Positions 29,175 through 38,875 of a DNA stretch of 64,000 nt are shown one piece after another. The notes beneath the pieces are model-generated. The model was given only the letters and a program-made list of their open reading frames with translations. It did not search any database and had not been told where the DNA came from. The stretch comes from Bdellovibrionales bacterium (GTDB taxonomy: Bacteria > Bdellovibrionota > Bdellovibrionia > Bdellovibrionales > UBA1609), in NCBI GenBank assembly GCA_965116155.1, contig OZ220488.1, forward strand, positions 1,385,458-1,449,457, in the 5' to 3' direction. Made by a program: the position numbers and the translations under genes. Numbering within the stretch: the first letter of the stretch is position 1; every line of letters starts with the position of its first letter.

Positions 29175-30068
29175 ATGTCGCCTGAAGAGCTGGTTAAAAA
29201 AGTAAAGCGCCTCAAGCTGTACGCGCACGAGCCCGTTAAAAATCTTTTTGCTGGCCTTTACCGTGCCCGCACCCTGGGGCAAGGGGTGGCCTTTAGCGAA
29301 TTTAGAGAATACGTACCAGGGGATGATGTGCGGCATTTGTCGTGGCCGCTATTTGCTAAAACCGCCAAAGCCTACGTAAAGCGCTACGAGGAGGAGCGGG
29401 AGTCGCCCTTAGTGCTAGCGGTAGATACCAGCGCCTCTATGTACTTTGGACAAAACGAAAACCTTAAGCCCGATGTACAGGCTATGCTTGCAGCGGTGTT
29501 GGCTTTTAGCGCCTTAGAAAACGCAAACCCCGTGGCACTATTGCTATTTGCGGGGGATATTATTAGCTTTACCCCCGCAAAACATGGCGAGCAGCATGTG
29601 TATCTGGTGCTAAGCCAAATCTGCAAAGCCTTGGGCGAGGGCTCCGCTGCCCATGCTCCTAAGAGTACGGATATTGCAGCAGCATGTTGGTATTTAACGG
29701 GCGTTTTAAAAAAACACTCTCAAGTGTTTTTGTTGAGCGATTTTTTGTCGCACAATTTTGCGCCAGCGCTTTCGCAACTAAAGCGCAAGCACCAGGTTTT
29801 GGGCTTGAGGCTAACGAGCCCTTATGAGCATAACATGCCCCCTATGGGGCTTGTGCCCTTTAAAAGTAGCGAAGGCGCTTTAGGGCACGTAGTGTGCGAT
29901 ACAAGTTCTGCAGTATTTGTGCGGCATTACAAGGCGCAAATGCAAAAGAAAAATTTCGATATAAAGCAAACATTTAATCGCGCAGGGACAAGGCTACTAG
30001 AGATCAACATTACCCAAGACCCCACTCAAGCCTTAGCGTCGCATTTTAAGCAGCATAAAAGCCTATGA
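29175..30068 (+). CDS. DUF58 (vWA-like) protein, the usual MoxR partner
   Basis: FREYVPGDDVRHLSWPLFAKTAKAYVKRYEEERE is the typical DUF58 core. It lies immediately downstream of moxR. Confidence 0.85.
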   Translation: MSPEELVKKVKRLKLYAHEPVKNLFAGLYRARTLGQGVAFSEFREYVPGDDVRHLSWPLFAKTAKAYVKRYEEERESPLVLAVDTSASMYFGQNENLKPDVQAMLAAVLAFSALENANPVALLLFAGDIISFTPAKHGEQHVYLVLSQICKALGEGSAAHAPKSTDIAAACWYLTGVLKKHSQVFLLSDFLSHNFAPALSQLKRKHQVLGLRLTSPYEHNMPPMGLVPFKSSEGALGHVVCDTSSAVFVRHYKAQMQKKNFDIKQTFNRAGTRLLEINITQDPTQALASHFKQHKSL

Positions 30069-31027
30069 CACCTGTTATTGCATGGAATTGTGAGCTGAGC
30101 CTTTTGCTCCCCAAAGAGCCTGTTTTTAGTGTGGGCAGCGTTAACAAAATGCACTGCCAGGGCGCGAGTGCTTTAGAGCCCGGGGGGTTTAGTAGCACGC
30201 CCAGTTTGGTGAGTGTCGACCCTGCTTCACCTGCAGCTGTACTGCCGTATAGTTTTGTTATGCTTAAGCACATAAAGAGCGACTGCTGCTCGGCTACGTT
30301 CCACATAACCTCCTATGTGCCAGGGGAGCATGTGCTTACTAATATGCAACTAACAGATGGCTTTAAAGGCTTTAGGATAAAGGAGCTAAAATACGAAGTT
30401 GTTTCGGTTATCGATCCGCAAAAAGAGCCTGTTTATTATGGCCCTGTAGGTCCTATGGTAGGGGCGTATCCCATGTGGCTGCTCTGGTGGGGGATGGTTT
30501 TTTTAGGCACAGGGCTGCTAGTGGGCTTGAGGCTTTTGTGGCAAAAACATAAACACAATGTGCTGCTGGGTAAAAGCCTCACCCAGTACCCAAGGGGCAG
30601 TAAAAAACCTGTTGAAAGTTTTTTGCGCCGAGCGCGGCACAACTTGCTGGTCAACCAAAAATTAAGCAATAAAGAGTTAATAACAAATCTAGACACCGAC
30701 TTTAGGGTTTATTTGCTGCATGCGTTTTTGGTGCCGAGTTTTAATTGGCCGAGCCGTAAGATAGGCCGCGCACTAAAAAAACCCATAGGGCGCAAGCTTA
30801 GCATGCAGGTGGTGGATGTATTAGATGAGCTGCAGTCCCAAAAACAAGGCCAGCAACAAAGCCAGCAGCACAGCGGCGCCCCCTCGAGCAGCATGAGCCG
30901 CAAAGAGTGCGAGCGCTTGGGGGCTAAAATACAAGAGCTCGTGTGCCTTGTGGCACAAAAACTCCCAAAACAAATATCAGAGCAAACATCAGAGCAAACA
31001 AAAGGCAAACAGGAGCGCAAGCTATGA
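30065..31027 (+). CDS. Bat-operon membrane protein (DUF4381-like by position; 320 aa)
   Basis: One central TM helix (MWLLWWGMVFLGTGLLVGLRLLW) and a Gln-rich tail. It overlaps both neighbours. The family assignment is by context only. Confidence 0.5.
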   Translation: MTPVIAWNCELSLLLPKEPVFSVGSVNKMHCQGASALEPGGFSSTPSLVSVDPASPAAVLPYSFVMLKHIKSDCCSATFHITSYVPGEHVLTNMQLTDGFKGFRIKELKYEVVSVIDPQKEPVYYGPVGPMVGAYPMWLLWWGMVFLGTGLLVGLRLLWQKHKHNVLLGKSLTQYPRGSKKPVESFLRRARHNLLVNQKLSNKELITNLDTDFRVYLLHAFLVPSFNWPSRKIGRALKKPIGRKLSMQVVDVLDELQSQKQGQQQSQQHSGAPSSSMSRKECERLGAKIQELVCLVAQKLPKQISEQTSEQTKGKQERKL

Positions 31028-32022
31028 GCTGGCAAAACCTTTGGGTGTTTTTGTTGTTTTTTGTACTCGCTGGGGCGCTTTGGTGGATTAATAAGCAAAA
31101 GTACAAACGGGGTCTATACTGGGTGTGGCCGGGTTGGGATTTTAACTTGCCGCGTGGCATAAGGGGGAGGTTGGCGTTTTTGCCGCGGCTTTTGCAGGTG
31201 CTGGCGATGGTGTTTATGTTAATAGCTTTGGCGCGGCCGCAGAGCTTTAGCCAAAAGCAAATGCGGCATGCTGAGGGGATAGATATGGTAGTGGTTTTAG
31301 ACACCAGCCTTAGCATGCTAATAGAAGACATGGAGCCACACAATAGGCTAGAGGCTTCTAAAAAAATCATCAGCGAGTTTATTAGAGCGCGCCACTCTGA
31401 TCGCATAGGGCTGGTGGTGTTTTCTGGCGAGGCTTATACCCGCGTGCCGCCCACACTAGATTACCCTGTTTTGCTGCAAAGCTTAGCGCAGGTAGAATCG
31501 AGCAACAGTCTTAAATCGGGCACAAGCTTGGGGGTGTCTTTGGCGGCGGGAGTAGCGAGGCTTAAAGATTCTAAGGCCAAAACACGGGCGGTGATTTTTT
31601 TGACCGATGGCGAAAACAACACCGGGTCTATATCGCCTGAAACTGCGTTGCAGATTGCCAAAATTTACGGCATTAAAATCTACTCCATAGGTATGGGTGT
31701 AGATGGGGTGGCAAAATTGCCTATTGTGAGGAAAAACTTTTTAGGCAAAGAGGTAAAGTTTTACAAGCCCATGCACAGCAAAGTTAACGAAAAACTGTTA
31801 TCCACTTTGGCTACAGAAACAGGTGGCAAATTTTGGCGTGCAACTAATACAAAAGATTTAAAAGAGGTTTTTGACACCATTAACAAGCTTGAAAAAAGCA
31901 AGGTCGAGGTACAGCAATATAATCTTAAGCACGAGCATTTTCAGCCGTGGCTTATTTGGGCGTTTGTGTTTTATTGGGCGTTTGTGTTTTTGGGTAACGG
32001 TTTTTTAAGGCAGAGTGTATAA
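31024..32022 (+). CDS. batA: vWA-domain protein BatA
   Basis: N-terminal TM helix plus LIALARPQ, and MIDAS MVVVLDTSLSM. The ATGA overlap with the upstream ORF fixes the start at 31024. Confidence 0.85.
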   Translation: MSWQNLWVFLLFFVLAGALWWINKQKYKRGLYWVWPGWDFNLPRGIRGRLAFLPRLLQVLAMVFMLIALARPQSFSQKQMRHAEGIDMVVVLDTSLSMLIEDMEPHNRLEASKKIISEFIRARHSDRIGLVVFSGEAYTRVPPTLDYPVLLQSLAQVESSNSLKSGTSLGVSLAAGVARLKDSKAKTRAVIFLTDGENNTGSISPETALQIAKIYGIKIYSIGMGVDGVAKLPIVRKNFLGKEVKFYKPMHSKVNEKLLSTLATETGGKFWRATNTKDLKEVFDTINKLEKSKVEVQQYNLKHEHFQPWLIWAFVFYWAFVFLGNGFLRQSV

Positions 32023-33097
32023 AAATATGTGGCAATGGGGAGCTCCAGAGCATTTGCAGCTGCTACTTTTGGTGCTAGGGACTTTTGTTGTAGCACTGTG
32101 GTACGCGCGCCGCATACGGCGTAGGCTTTACAAACTATGGGGGCCTAAGGCGCTTAGCCTGGTCATGCCAGGCAAGAGCCAAAAGACCACCAAGCTATTT
32201 TTGCAAAGCTGTGTTTTGGTGTTAATGGTTTTGGCTTTAGCTCGGCCGCAGCGCGCGGCACAAGAAAAAAGCGACACCTCTAAAAAAGGCATACAAATGC
32301 TTTTTGTGGTGGATGTGTCAAAAAGCATGCTCGTACAAGACGTATGGCCTAGTCGCTTAAGGGCGGCAAAGAGTTTTTTAGAAAAACTCGTACAAGCCCG
32401 CGCCCAAGGCGGCACTCAGGATAGCATAGGAGTGGTGGCTTTTGCTGGTGATGCGCAGTTAGTGTCGCCTCTTACAACAGATGTGTCGTCTACACTGATG
32501 CAGCTAAATGCTTTAGATACCAATACTATAAGCTCACAAGGCACTAGCATAGGCCGAGCGCTTAGTGTGGCCGCTAAGGCTTTAGAGCGTGGGGGCCTTG
32601 ATGAGGGCACAGCCTCCGCGCCTGCTAAGGCGGTTGTTATTGTATCTGACGGTGAGGAGCATAAAGCCTTTAACGAAAAGCAAGCTCGGGCCTTAAGCCA
32701 AAAAGGGGTGCGTATTTTCAGTGTGGCTGTGGGTACGGCAGCAGGTGGGCCCATAAAGCAAAGTGCTCTAAATGCAGTAGCGGCCATTGGTGATGGGAGC
32801 CAGGAGTTTTTGCGCGATGCCAATAATAAGGTTGTTATTAGTCGCGTGCAGCTTAAGGGGCTAAAAAAACTAGCACGCCTTGGTAGGGGCAATATGTATA
32901 ATATAAAAAAGTTGGGGCAAGATGTTCAGAGGCGTTTAAGTGCTCAGCTTGCCCGGCTTGAGCAAGGGGTTTTGCCTGGCACAAGGTATACGAACTTTAG
33001 CGAATATTTTGGGTGGTTTTTATGTGTAGCATGGATTTTAGCTTTGTTAGAGCTTTTGTGGGCAGAGAAAAAACCCAGCACGCCGCATCGGGCTTAA
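32015..33097 (+). CDS. batB: vWA-domain protein BatB
   Basis: VLALARPQ, MIDAS LFVVDVSKSM and a C-terminal TM helix (FLCVAWILALLELLW). Confidence 0.85.
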   Translation: MYKNMWQWGAPEHLQLLLLVLGTFVVALWYARRIRRRLYKLWGPKALSLVMPGKSQKTTKLFLQSCVLVLMVLALARPQRAAQEKSDTSKKGIQMLFVVDVSKSMLVQDVWPSRLRAAKSFLEKLVQARAQGGTQDSIGVVAFAGDAQLVSPLTTDVSSTLMQLNALDTNTISSQGTSIGRALSVAAKALERGGLDEGTASAPAKAVVIVSDGEEHKAFNEKQARALSQKGVRIFSVAVGTAAGGPIKQSALNAVAAIGDGSQEFLRDANNKVVISRVQLKGLKKLARLGRGNMYNIKKLGQDVQRRLSAQLARLEQGVLPGTRYTNFSEYFGWFLCVAWILALLELLWAEKKPSTPHRA

Positions 33098-33831
33098 TGG
33101 TGGCAGTGGTCGTGCTGGCTGTGGCCTGTGTATGCGTGCGCGCGCAAGGCGCAGCTCTTGCGGCGCTTGATCAAAAATCTGTCTCTGCACGCGCACCTAA
33201 AGCTTCAAGGTGGGAGTCTACTAAAAATTGGTTTTTAAACCAAAAGGCCATAAGGCTTTATGAGAGTGGCAATGTATTAGAAGCGAAGAAGATTTTTTTA
33301 GATATTTTAGTAACGGATCCATATAACTTTAGCGCGCGTCTTAATTTGGCTCTGTGTTTTGAAAAGCTTGACCAGCAAGCGGAGTCTTTAAAAGAGTACC
33401 TGTGGATGATAGCAGCGCTTTCTAGCACTAGCGCTATAGATAAAAAAACCTTATTTGGGGTGTATTTTAATGCGGCCCGCAATTTTGTCGCTATGGGCGA
33501 TCTACATGGGGGGCTAAAGCTTTACCAAAAGGCACTGGGTGTTTTGCCTTTGTCGGTTGAGACTAAAAATAATATAGAGCTCTTGCTAACGAAAAAAGTA
33601 TCCCCCCAGTGTACGAACCCCAATGCGCAAGAGGACTCTGATCAAAAAGAGGGTGAAGGAGTGGAGGGACAGCAGCCACAAGGGCAAGAGCCAAGTGCTG
33701 CAGAAAAACTCAGCCCAGAAGAAATCAAAGCCCTACTAGAAGAGCTGCAGCGTCAAGAGCAGCAAGCGCGCAAAAAAGAGCATAAGCGCCGCCTTAAAGC
33801 TCCATCCACACCGGGAGGCAAAGGATGGTAG
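33097..33831 (+). CDS. batC: TPR-repeat protein BatC
   Basis: Signal/TM helix MVAVVVLAVACVCV, TPR-like NVLEAKKIFLDILVTDPYNFSARLNLALCFEKLDQ, and a charged tail. Start chosen at the TAATG overlap with batB. Confidence 0.75.
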   Translation: MVAVVVLAVACVCVRAQGAALAALDQKSVSARAPKASRWESTKNWFLNQKAIRLYESGNVLEAKKIFLDILVTDPYNFSARLNLALCFEKLDQQAESLKEYLWMIAALSSTSAIDKKTLFGVYFNAARNFVAMGDLHGGLKLYQKALGVLPLSVETKNNIELLLTKKVSPQCTNPNAQEDSDQKEGEGVEGQQPQGQEPSAAEKLSPEEIKALLEELQRQEQQARKKEHKRRLKAPSTPGGKGW

Positions 33832-36038
33832 TGCGTAAGCATAAAAGTGGACCCATTACAGCTTGGGTTGGCAGTGCAGCCACCTGCCCCCTTTTAGGGG
33901 ATGCTAAGCAGGTGGCAAGCAAAAACCCTCAAGGTGTAATGGGGGAACTAGACAGCTCTTTGCGGCCCTGCAAATTGAGTCAAAGCGGCGTACCTGTGAA
34001 TGCTGGTAATGTGGAGCAAGGTAAGTTATCACGCCTGCGGCCGGATGATCTTGAGTTAGATAAGTTGAGCGGACTCGATTTGCCACACTTGCGTAGCAAG
34101 AGTCTGTTTGTGCTACTATTATGGGCCTTTAGCTTTGTGGCGGAGGCCAAGCTTAGTGCGCGTGCCATTTTGCCAGAAACCCTTGTGGGCTTGGGGCAGG
34201 AGTTTGAGCTGTCATTAGAGGTGCGCGCGCCTGAGAAGCAAAATATTACCTGGCCTAATATGGCTGCACTAAAGCCGGACTTCAGTGAGGAGCGTAGGTT
34301 TCACTCGTCGCGTTTTCAGTCCTCGTGGTCTTTTGGTAAAGCGAATAAAGAGTACATTTATGTGCTTAGGCTCATACTAAAGGCACACAAGTTGGGGTGG
34401 CATGACCTGCCGGAGTTTGAAATCAGTGCTGCAGGGGTGAAGCTTAAAACTCAAAAACTGGCTCTCGAGGTGGTTGAGCCTAAAAAGGCTCCCCCTCGTG
34501 TGAGGACTTTGCCCAATTGGCCAGGCGGTGGGTTAGGCTCTGGGCATTTGCTGGATTCGTTTAAAGATTTTTTTAACGATACTGATCCTTTTGATCGTGT
34601 GCAAAATGCCAAAAGTTTTGTGCGTTTAAAGGTAGACAAAACCAAGGCCTATATTGGTGAGCCCATTATGGCGGAGTGGTTTTTTTATACCCAGCATCCT
34701 TCGGTGGATTTAGAGCCAGTTAACCCGCCGGATTTGGGTGGATTTTGGAAAGAAGAAATCATCCGCAGTGACACTTTGCATTTTGAGCAAGAGGTTGTAG
34801 GGGGGGAGATGTATAAAAAAAGTCTCCTGTCTTCGTATGTGGTGTTTCCATTAAGCCATGGTGAGCTAGATATCGGAGCTTATGAGGTGCGGCTAAGGGC
34901 TTTTGGTAACAGTAAGGCTGAGCTAAAAAAAAGCACCCCCCTTAAAATTGAGGCGCTCCCTTTGCCGCCTAAGGCTCCCAAAAGCTTCACTCAAGGCGTG
35001 GGAGAGTTTAACGTAAAGTTGTTGTTTGATAAGGCCACTATGCGGCAGCGCGAGCCTTGGACTTTAAGGCTAAGCATTAGTAGCGTGAGCCCTTATGCTA
35101 ATGCCAGGCGCGTGGCATTGCCTGCAAGTTTAAAGTGGCCAGAGGGTTTAGAGCTATACGATACCAAAGTGCACACAGAGTATAAAGCCAGTGGTAAATC
35201 GCTTAAGATTTTTGAGTTTGTTTTTTTGCCCCAAAACTTAGGCACAGTGGTTATGCCTCCGCTAACTTTGGGGTTTTTTAACCCCCAAACCCAGCAGTAT
35301 TATGAAAAACTCACAACGCAACTTAGTCTTAATGTGCAGCCAGGTTTACAAACACCAAACAGTACAGCAAGTGACGCGGCGACAGATAATGTCCAAGACC
35401 TAGCGCGGGGCTCAGGTGGTTTGGGTAGTGCAACAGCGCCACGCAGCTTAGCCCTACTTAAAAGTCTTGGCCCTGTGGGATGGTACGATGCTTACCCTTT
35501 GTGGGTTTGGAGGCTCTTTGTAATTTTGGCTTTGGTGATAGCTGTGGGGGTATGGAGTTTAAAAAGGCAGTTGCGGTTTTTAAAAGTACAGGGGTTAGAC
35601 AAAAAAGTTCTTTTAAAAATTAAACATCTTAAGCGCTTGCAGCAAAAGCTACAAAAGGTCACAAATGCCAGCGATGGTGCTAATAGTGGCTTTAATGAAG
35701 AGCAGAGGCGTTTGTTAGCAAGGGAAATTTTAGACGTGCTTAATTTTTTAGCTTGGACAGCTGTATCTCAGTTGCAAGCCCAGCAAAATACTTTGCAGCA
35801 TGAGACTCGCGACATAAGTTATGTGGTGTCTTTGTGGCCAGCAGATTTGCGCAGTAGTTTGGGCGGTGTGTTTTTAGAGTTAAGCCATGTGTTTTCCGGC
35901 TATGCCTTTGCTCCTCAAGCAGCACCAGACGCAGGTGCAGTAACAAAAGCGGCCTTCTCTAAGCAGTTAGAGCTTTTGATCCATGCTGCACTTAAGTTAG
36001 AAGAGTGGCACAAGCAGCGCTCTCGGGTTAAGCTGTAG
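33825..36038 (+). CDS. batD: BatD-like (oxygen-tolerance family) membrane protein. The first ~85 codons of the ORF-track model are repeat-derived, so the true start may be TTG at 34080 or 34089.
   Basis: Size and position follow batC. A signal-like SLFVLLLWAFSFVAEA comes after codon 90, and a late TM helix (LWVWRLFVILALVIAVGVW) is typical of BatD. Confidence 0.7.
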   Translation: MVVRKHKSGPITAWVGSAATCPLLGDAKQVASKNPQGVMGELDSSLRPCKLSQSGVPVNAGNVEQGKLSRLRPDDLELDKLSGLDLPHLRSKSLFVLLLWAFSFVAEAKLSARAILPETLVGLGQEFELSLEVRAPEKQNITWPNMAALKPDFSEERRFHSSRFQSSWSFGKANKEYIYVLRLILKAHKLGWHDLPEFEISAAGVKLKTQKLALEVVEPKKAPPRVRTLPNWPGGGLGSGHLLDSFKDFFNDTDPFDRVQNAKSFVRLKVDKTKAYIGEPIMAEWFFYTQHPSVDLEPVNPPDLGGFWKEEIIRSDTLHFEQEVVGGEMYKKSLLSSYVVFPLSHGELDIGAYEVRLRAFGNSKAELKKSTPLKIEALPLPPKAPKSFTQGVGEFNVKLLFDKATMRQREPWTLRLSISSVSPYANARRVALPASLKWPEGLELYDTKVHTEYKASGKSLKIFEFVFLPQNLGTVVMPPLTLGFFNPQTQQYYEKLTTQLSLNVQPGLQTPNSTASDAATDNVQDLARGSGGLGSATAPRSLALLKSLGPVGWYDAYPLWVWRLFVILALVIAVGVWSLKRQLRFLKVQGLDKKVLLKIKHLKRLQQKLQKVTNASDGANSGFNEEQRRLLAREILDVLNFLAWTAVSQLQAQQNTLQHETRDISYVVSLWPADLRSSLGGVFLELSHVFSGYAFAPQAAPDAGAVTKAAFSKQLELLIHAALKLEEWHKQRSRVKL
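33832..33990. repeat. Repeat-family member inserted between batC and the batD body, open in the batD frame
   Basis: GTGCGTAAGCATAAAAGTG...GTGCAGCCACCTGCCCCCTTTTAGGGGATGCTAAGCAGGTGGCAAGC...CTAGACAGCTCTTTGCGGCCCTGCAAATTGAGTCAAAGCGGCG is colinear with 38612-38780. Confidence 0.75.
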
Positions 36039-36039
36039 G

Positions 36040-36852
36040 TTGATATTCCTAAGGGGAAAAAAGGTGTTTAGACTTGGGTCGGTGCTGCTGTGCTGTTTGT
36101 TTCCGTATGTGGTGTTAGGGGATGTGCAAAGCGCCAGGACTTTGTTTGATGATTTTAATTGGGGAGCTTTTTATTGGCACGAGTTTGTAGAGCTGCGCAA
36201 TAAAATTCAACACACTAGCATTGAAACACTAACGCCTGGCATGGCCGTGTTTGCGAAAGAAATTAAAGCTCAAAACTGCACCAAGGCCTATGCGGCAGTG
36301 CAGCCCTCCATAAAAGACCCAATAAAAGATCCAGCAAAAGAGCCTCTGCTGCTGTGGGTAAAGGCGCTGTTTTTAAAGTGTTTATTTGATAGCTCAAGTA
36401 AAGTGCCAGAAGCTTTGCATATGTGGAAGCCTATGCTGTTTAGTGCGCCTTCATTTGGTATGGGTAAAATTAAAAAAGAGCACCCCATGCACTTAAAAGC
36501 TAAGTGGCTATCTGCTGTGGCGGTAAAATTTGTAAAAACTCAGTACAAAGACCAGCCACAAGAGGCAAAAGGCATTTTACAGGCCTTAGTAAAAAAAAGC
36601 CTATGGGTTAATAACGTGCAGGCTTCGCGCGTTTATGTGGCTTGGTCGGATTGGTACTTGTTAAATAACGACCCCCCTCAGGCGATAGAGAGCTTAAAAC
36701 ATGCTTACGATCTTAATCCCACATATGCTATTGAGCAAAAAAAGCAAAGCCTATTAACGGCGAAGGGCCCTTATGCAGAGCTAAAGTCTGATATAAGCGA
36801 GTGGTCTTTGCTGTATAAAAACTTTAAAACGGGAATGGCGCAAAAAAAATAA
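36040..36852 (+). CDS. Secreted helical-repeat protein (270 aa). It may be the N-terminal part of the downstream slt-like gene.
   Basis: Signal peptide FRLGSVLLCCLFPYVVLG. The ORF ends in an A8 run (36842-36849), and removing one A fuses it in frame to ORF 36866..37225. Confidence 0.5.
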   Translation: MIFLRGKKVFRLGSVLLCCLFPYVVLGDVQSARTLFDDFNWGAFYWHEFVELRNKIQHTSIETLTPGMAVFAKEIKAQNCTKAYAAVQPSIKDPIKDPAKEPLLLWVKALFLKCLFDSSSKVPEALHMWKPMLFSAPSFGMGKIKKEHPMHLKAKWLSAVAVKFVKTQYKDQPQEAKGILQALVKKSLWVNNVQASRVYVAWSDWYLLNNDPPQAIESLKHAYDLNPTYAIEQKKQSLLTAKGPYAELKSDISEWSLLYKNFKTGMAQKK

Positions 36853-36865
36853 AAGATCTTTTAGT

Positions 36866-38214
36866 TTGTGTGCGAAGTTGCAAGAGCGTCCGCAGCACCT
36901 TTATGCAAGAAAATGCAAGTCGTCTGTTAGGAGGCATTTTTTTATATCTGCACGGCGGGGTGTTTTAAAGCCTGAAACACTAGACAAGGCATGGGTTGTG
37001 GATTTGGCCGAGGCTTTATTTGCGGCAGAAAACTACGCCGGTGTTTTAAGGTTGTTAGATGGCGCGGAGTTTAAGGGCAGTAAAAACAGCAGCACGGCTT
37101 CAGGGCTTTGGTTTATAAAAGGGCAGTCGCTTTTATATTTAGGGCATTACGAAAAAGCGGAGCAAGCTTTTTTAAAAAGCCAAAACCCGGGATGCGTGGT
37201 TTTTTGCTATGCTAGCAGGTTTTAGACTTAAAAACTATAAGCTAGCAGCAGACTATGCTCAGCGGTATTTAATGACCGATTCTAAGCTGCGCTTGCAGGC
37301 CATGCACTGGTTGTGGCGTGCGCATCAGCAAATGGGGAACAAAGCACGTGCGCGCGCGCGGGCTCAAGACATTTTACAAAAATACCCCCTAAGCTTTTAT
37401 GGTTTAAAGGCGCGTAAGTTTTTAAACGGCACAGTAGAGTGTGCACAAAAAAACACCTGGAGCACTTATAGGGTAGAGCTTGATCCTGAGCAAACACGGG
37501 CTTTAAGGGCGTTTTTGGTTTTGTCGCGCGTGGGTTTGGCGAAAGAGGCGCTCATGCCACTAGAGCTTCTAGGACAATTAGTGTCGGGGTTTAATTTGTT
37601 ATTTTTGTCGCGTGTGTATGCAGAGGTGGATACTTTGCAAAGTATGTCTTTTGGGCGCGGCGGCAATTGAAAATAATCCGCAATTTTTTTCGCGCGAGGT
37701 TTTGGAGGTTATTTTTCCGCGTAAATATATGCCGCACATAGAGCCTGAGAGCAAAAAGTGGGGTCTAGATGCAAACTTAGTGCTGGGACTTATTCGCCAA
37801 GAGAGTGCTTTTAATCCGCGAGCTAGAAGTGCTGCAGGTGCTAGAGGACTGATGCAAGTGTTGCCTAGCACAGCGCGCGAGATGCGTCGGTATTTGCGTG
37901 CTTATCGCAAGTTGCCTTTGCCTAGCGGGCTCTACCGTCCAAGGGCGAACATTGCAATTGGCACCTACTATTTAAAAAGGTGGCTTAAGGTGTTTAACGG
38001 ACATGTGCCTATTACGTTGGCGTCTTATAATGTGGGGCCTGGCAACTTAAGAAAATGGCTCAAAAAGCGTCAAGATACCGATCAGCTTTGGGTGAGAAAG
38101 AGCGCAAATTATTTGGACGATCTTTGGGTGGATGAGCTTCCTTGGGCTGAAACCCGCTACTATGTCCAAGCCGTCTTGCGCAACTTTATGGTCTATAAAT
38201 GTCTAGCAATTTAA
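36866..38214 (+). pseudogene. slt: Soluble lytic murein transglycosylase (Slt70-like), fragmented over three reading frames
   Basis: The C-terminal SLT domain is LVLGLIRQESAFNPRARSAAGARGLMQVLPSTA...YNVGPGN. The upstream ORFs are helical-repeat, like the Slt U-domain. Frame changes occur at the T6 run 37200-37205 and at TTTTGGG 37649-37655. Confidence 0.8.
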
Positions 38215-38816
38215 AGGACTAATAAAATTCTCTGGGACTAAGCGGCGGCGCAAGAGCAGCCTCCCAGTGCCTTTGAAGTGAGTTTGGGCGCTTCGTTCCC
38301 CTGCGGGGCCCTTCGCTATCAGCGCGTTGATAGCTGTCTAGCGCGCAAAAACACTTTGAATGGGAGCCTTGCTTGCCACCTTGGCTGGCGCCCCTTGCAG
38401 GGGCTGCCAATGTGTCTGCGTCTCTGATCAAAGTGTTTTTGCTGGCGCTTTTATCCTTACGGGCCAAGCGTCCCACAGAGAATTTTATGGGCTATACGGC
38501 TTTTACGGTCCTGTAGCCTTGGGTGTTCGATAGACCCAAGGCGACCAGATTGTCGTCAAAGTTCCGTGCGTTGAGCAAATACAATTTAAAGGACTAATAA
38601 AATTCTCTGGGACTAAGTGCGTAAGCATAAAAGCGCCAGCAATGTTACCCTTGAACCTTAGAGTGCAGCCATCTTGGTTGCCCAAAGGGCATTAGCCAAG
38701 ATGGCAAACGTAGGCTTCAAGTTAATATTGCGCGCTAGACAGCTATCTATGGCCTTGTAAATCGAGTTAAAGCGGCGCTCTTGGCGCTTTTATGCTTGCG
38801 CAGCTAGCGCTTTAAA
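38210..38816. repeat. Large mosaic repeat cluster: two TTTAAAGGACTAATAAAATTCTCTGGGAC heads, nested palindromes and an inverted linker module
   Basis: The head motif occurs at 38210-38238 and 38584-38612. The arm CCAAGCGTCCCACAGAGAATTTT is followed by ATGGGCTATACGGC...GTCGTCAAAG. The cluster ends in GCTTTTATGCTTGCGCAGCTAGCGCTTTAA. The slt stop (38212-38214) lies inside the first head. Confidence 0.85.
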
Positions 38817-38875
38817 GTGTTTGTGCATTTATGCCGATGGGAGGTTGTATTGTTTTGTTTTCTAAGGGGTAAAGA

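Noticed and set aside
30960-31010. A short tandem ATCAGAGCAAAC x2 (encoding SEQTSEQT) and the Gln-rich tract lie at the end of the DUF4381-like gene.
   Set aside because: Only two units are present, in frame, in an already low-complexity tail. That is too short to argue for phase variation.
28163-36038. The MoxR-DUF58-vWA-vWA-TPR-BatD cluster could be a candidate novel system.
   Set aside because: This is the well-described Bat (Bacteroides aerotolerance)/MoxR-vWA operon architecture. Only the repeat insertion before batD is unusual, and that is reported separately.
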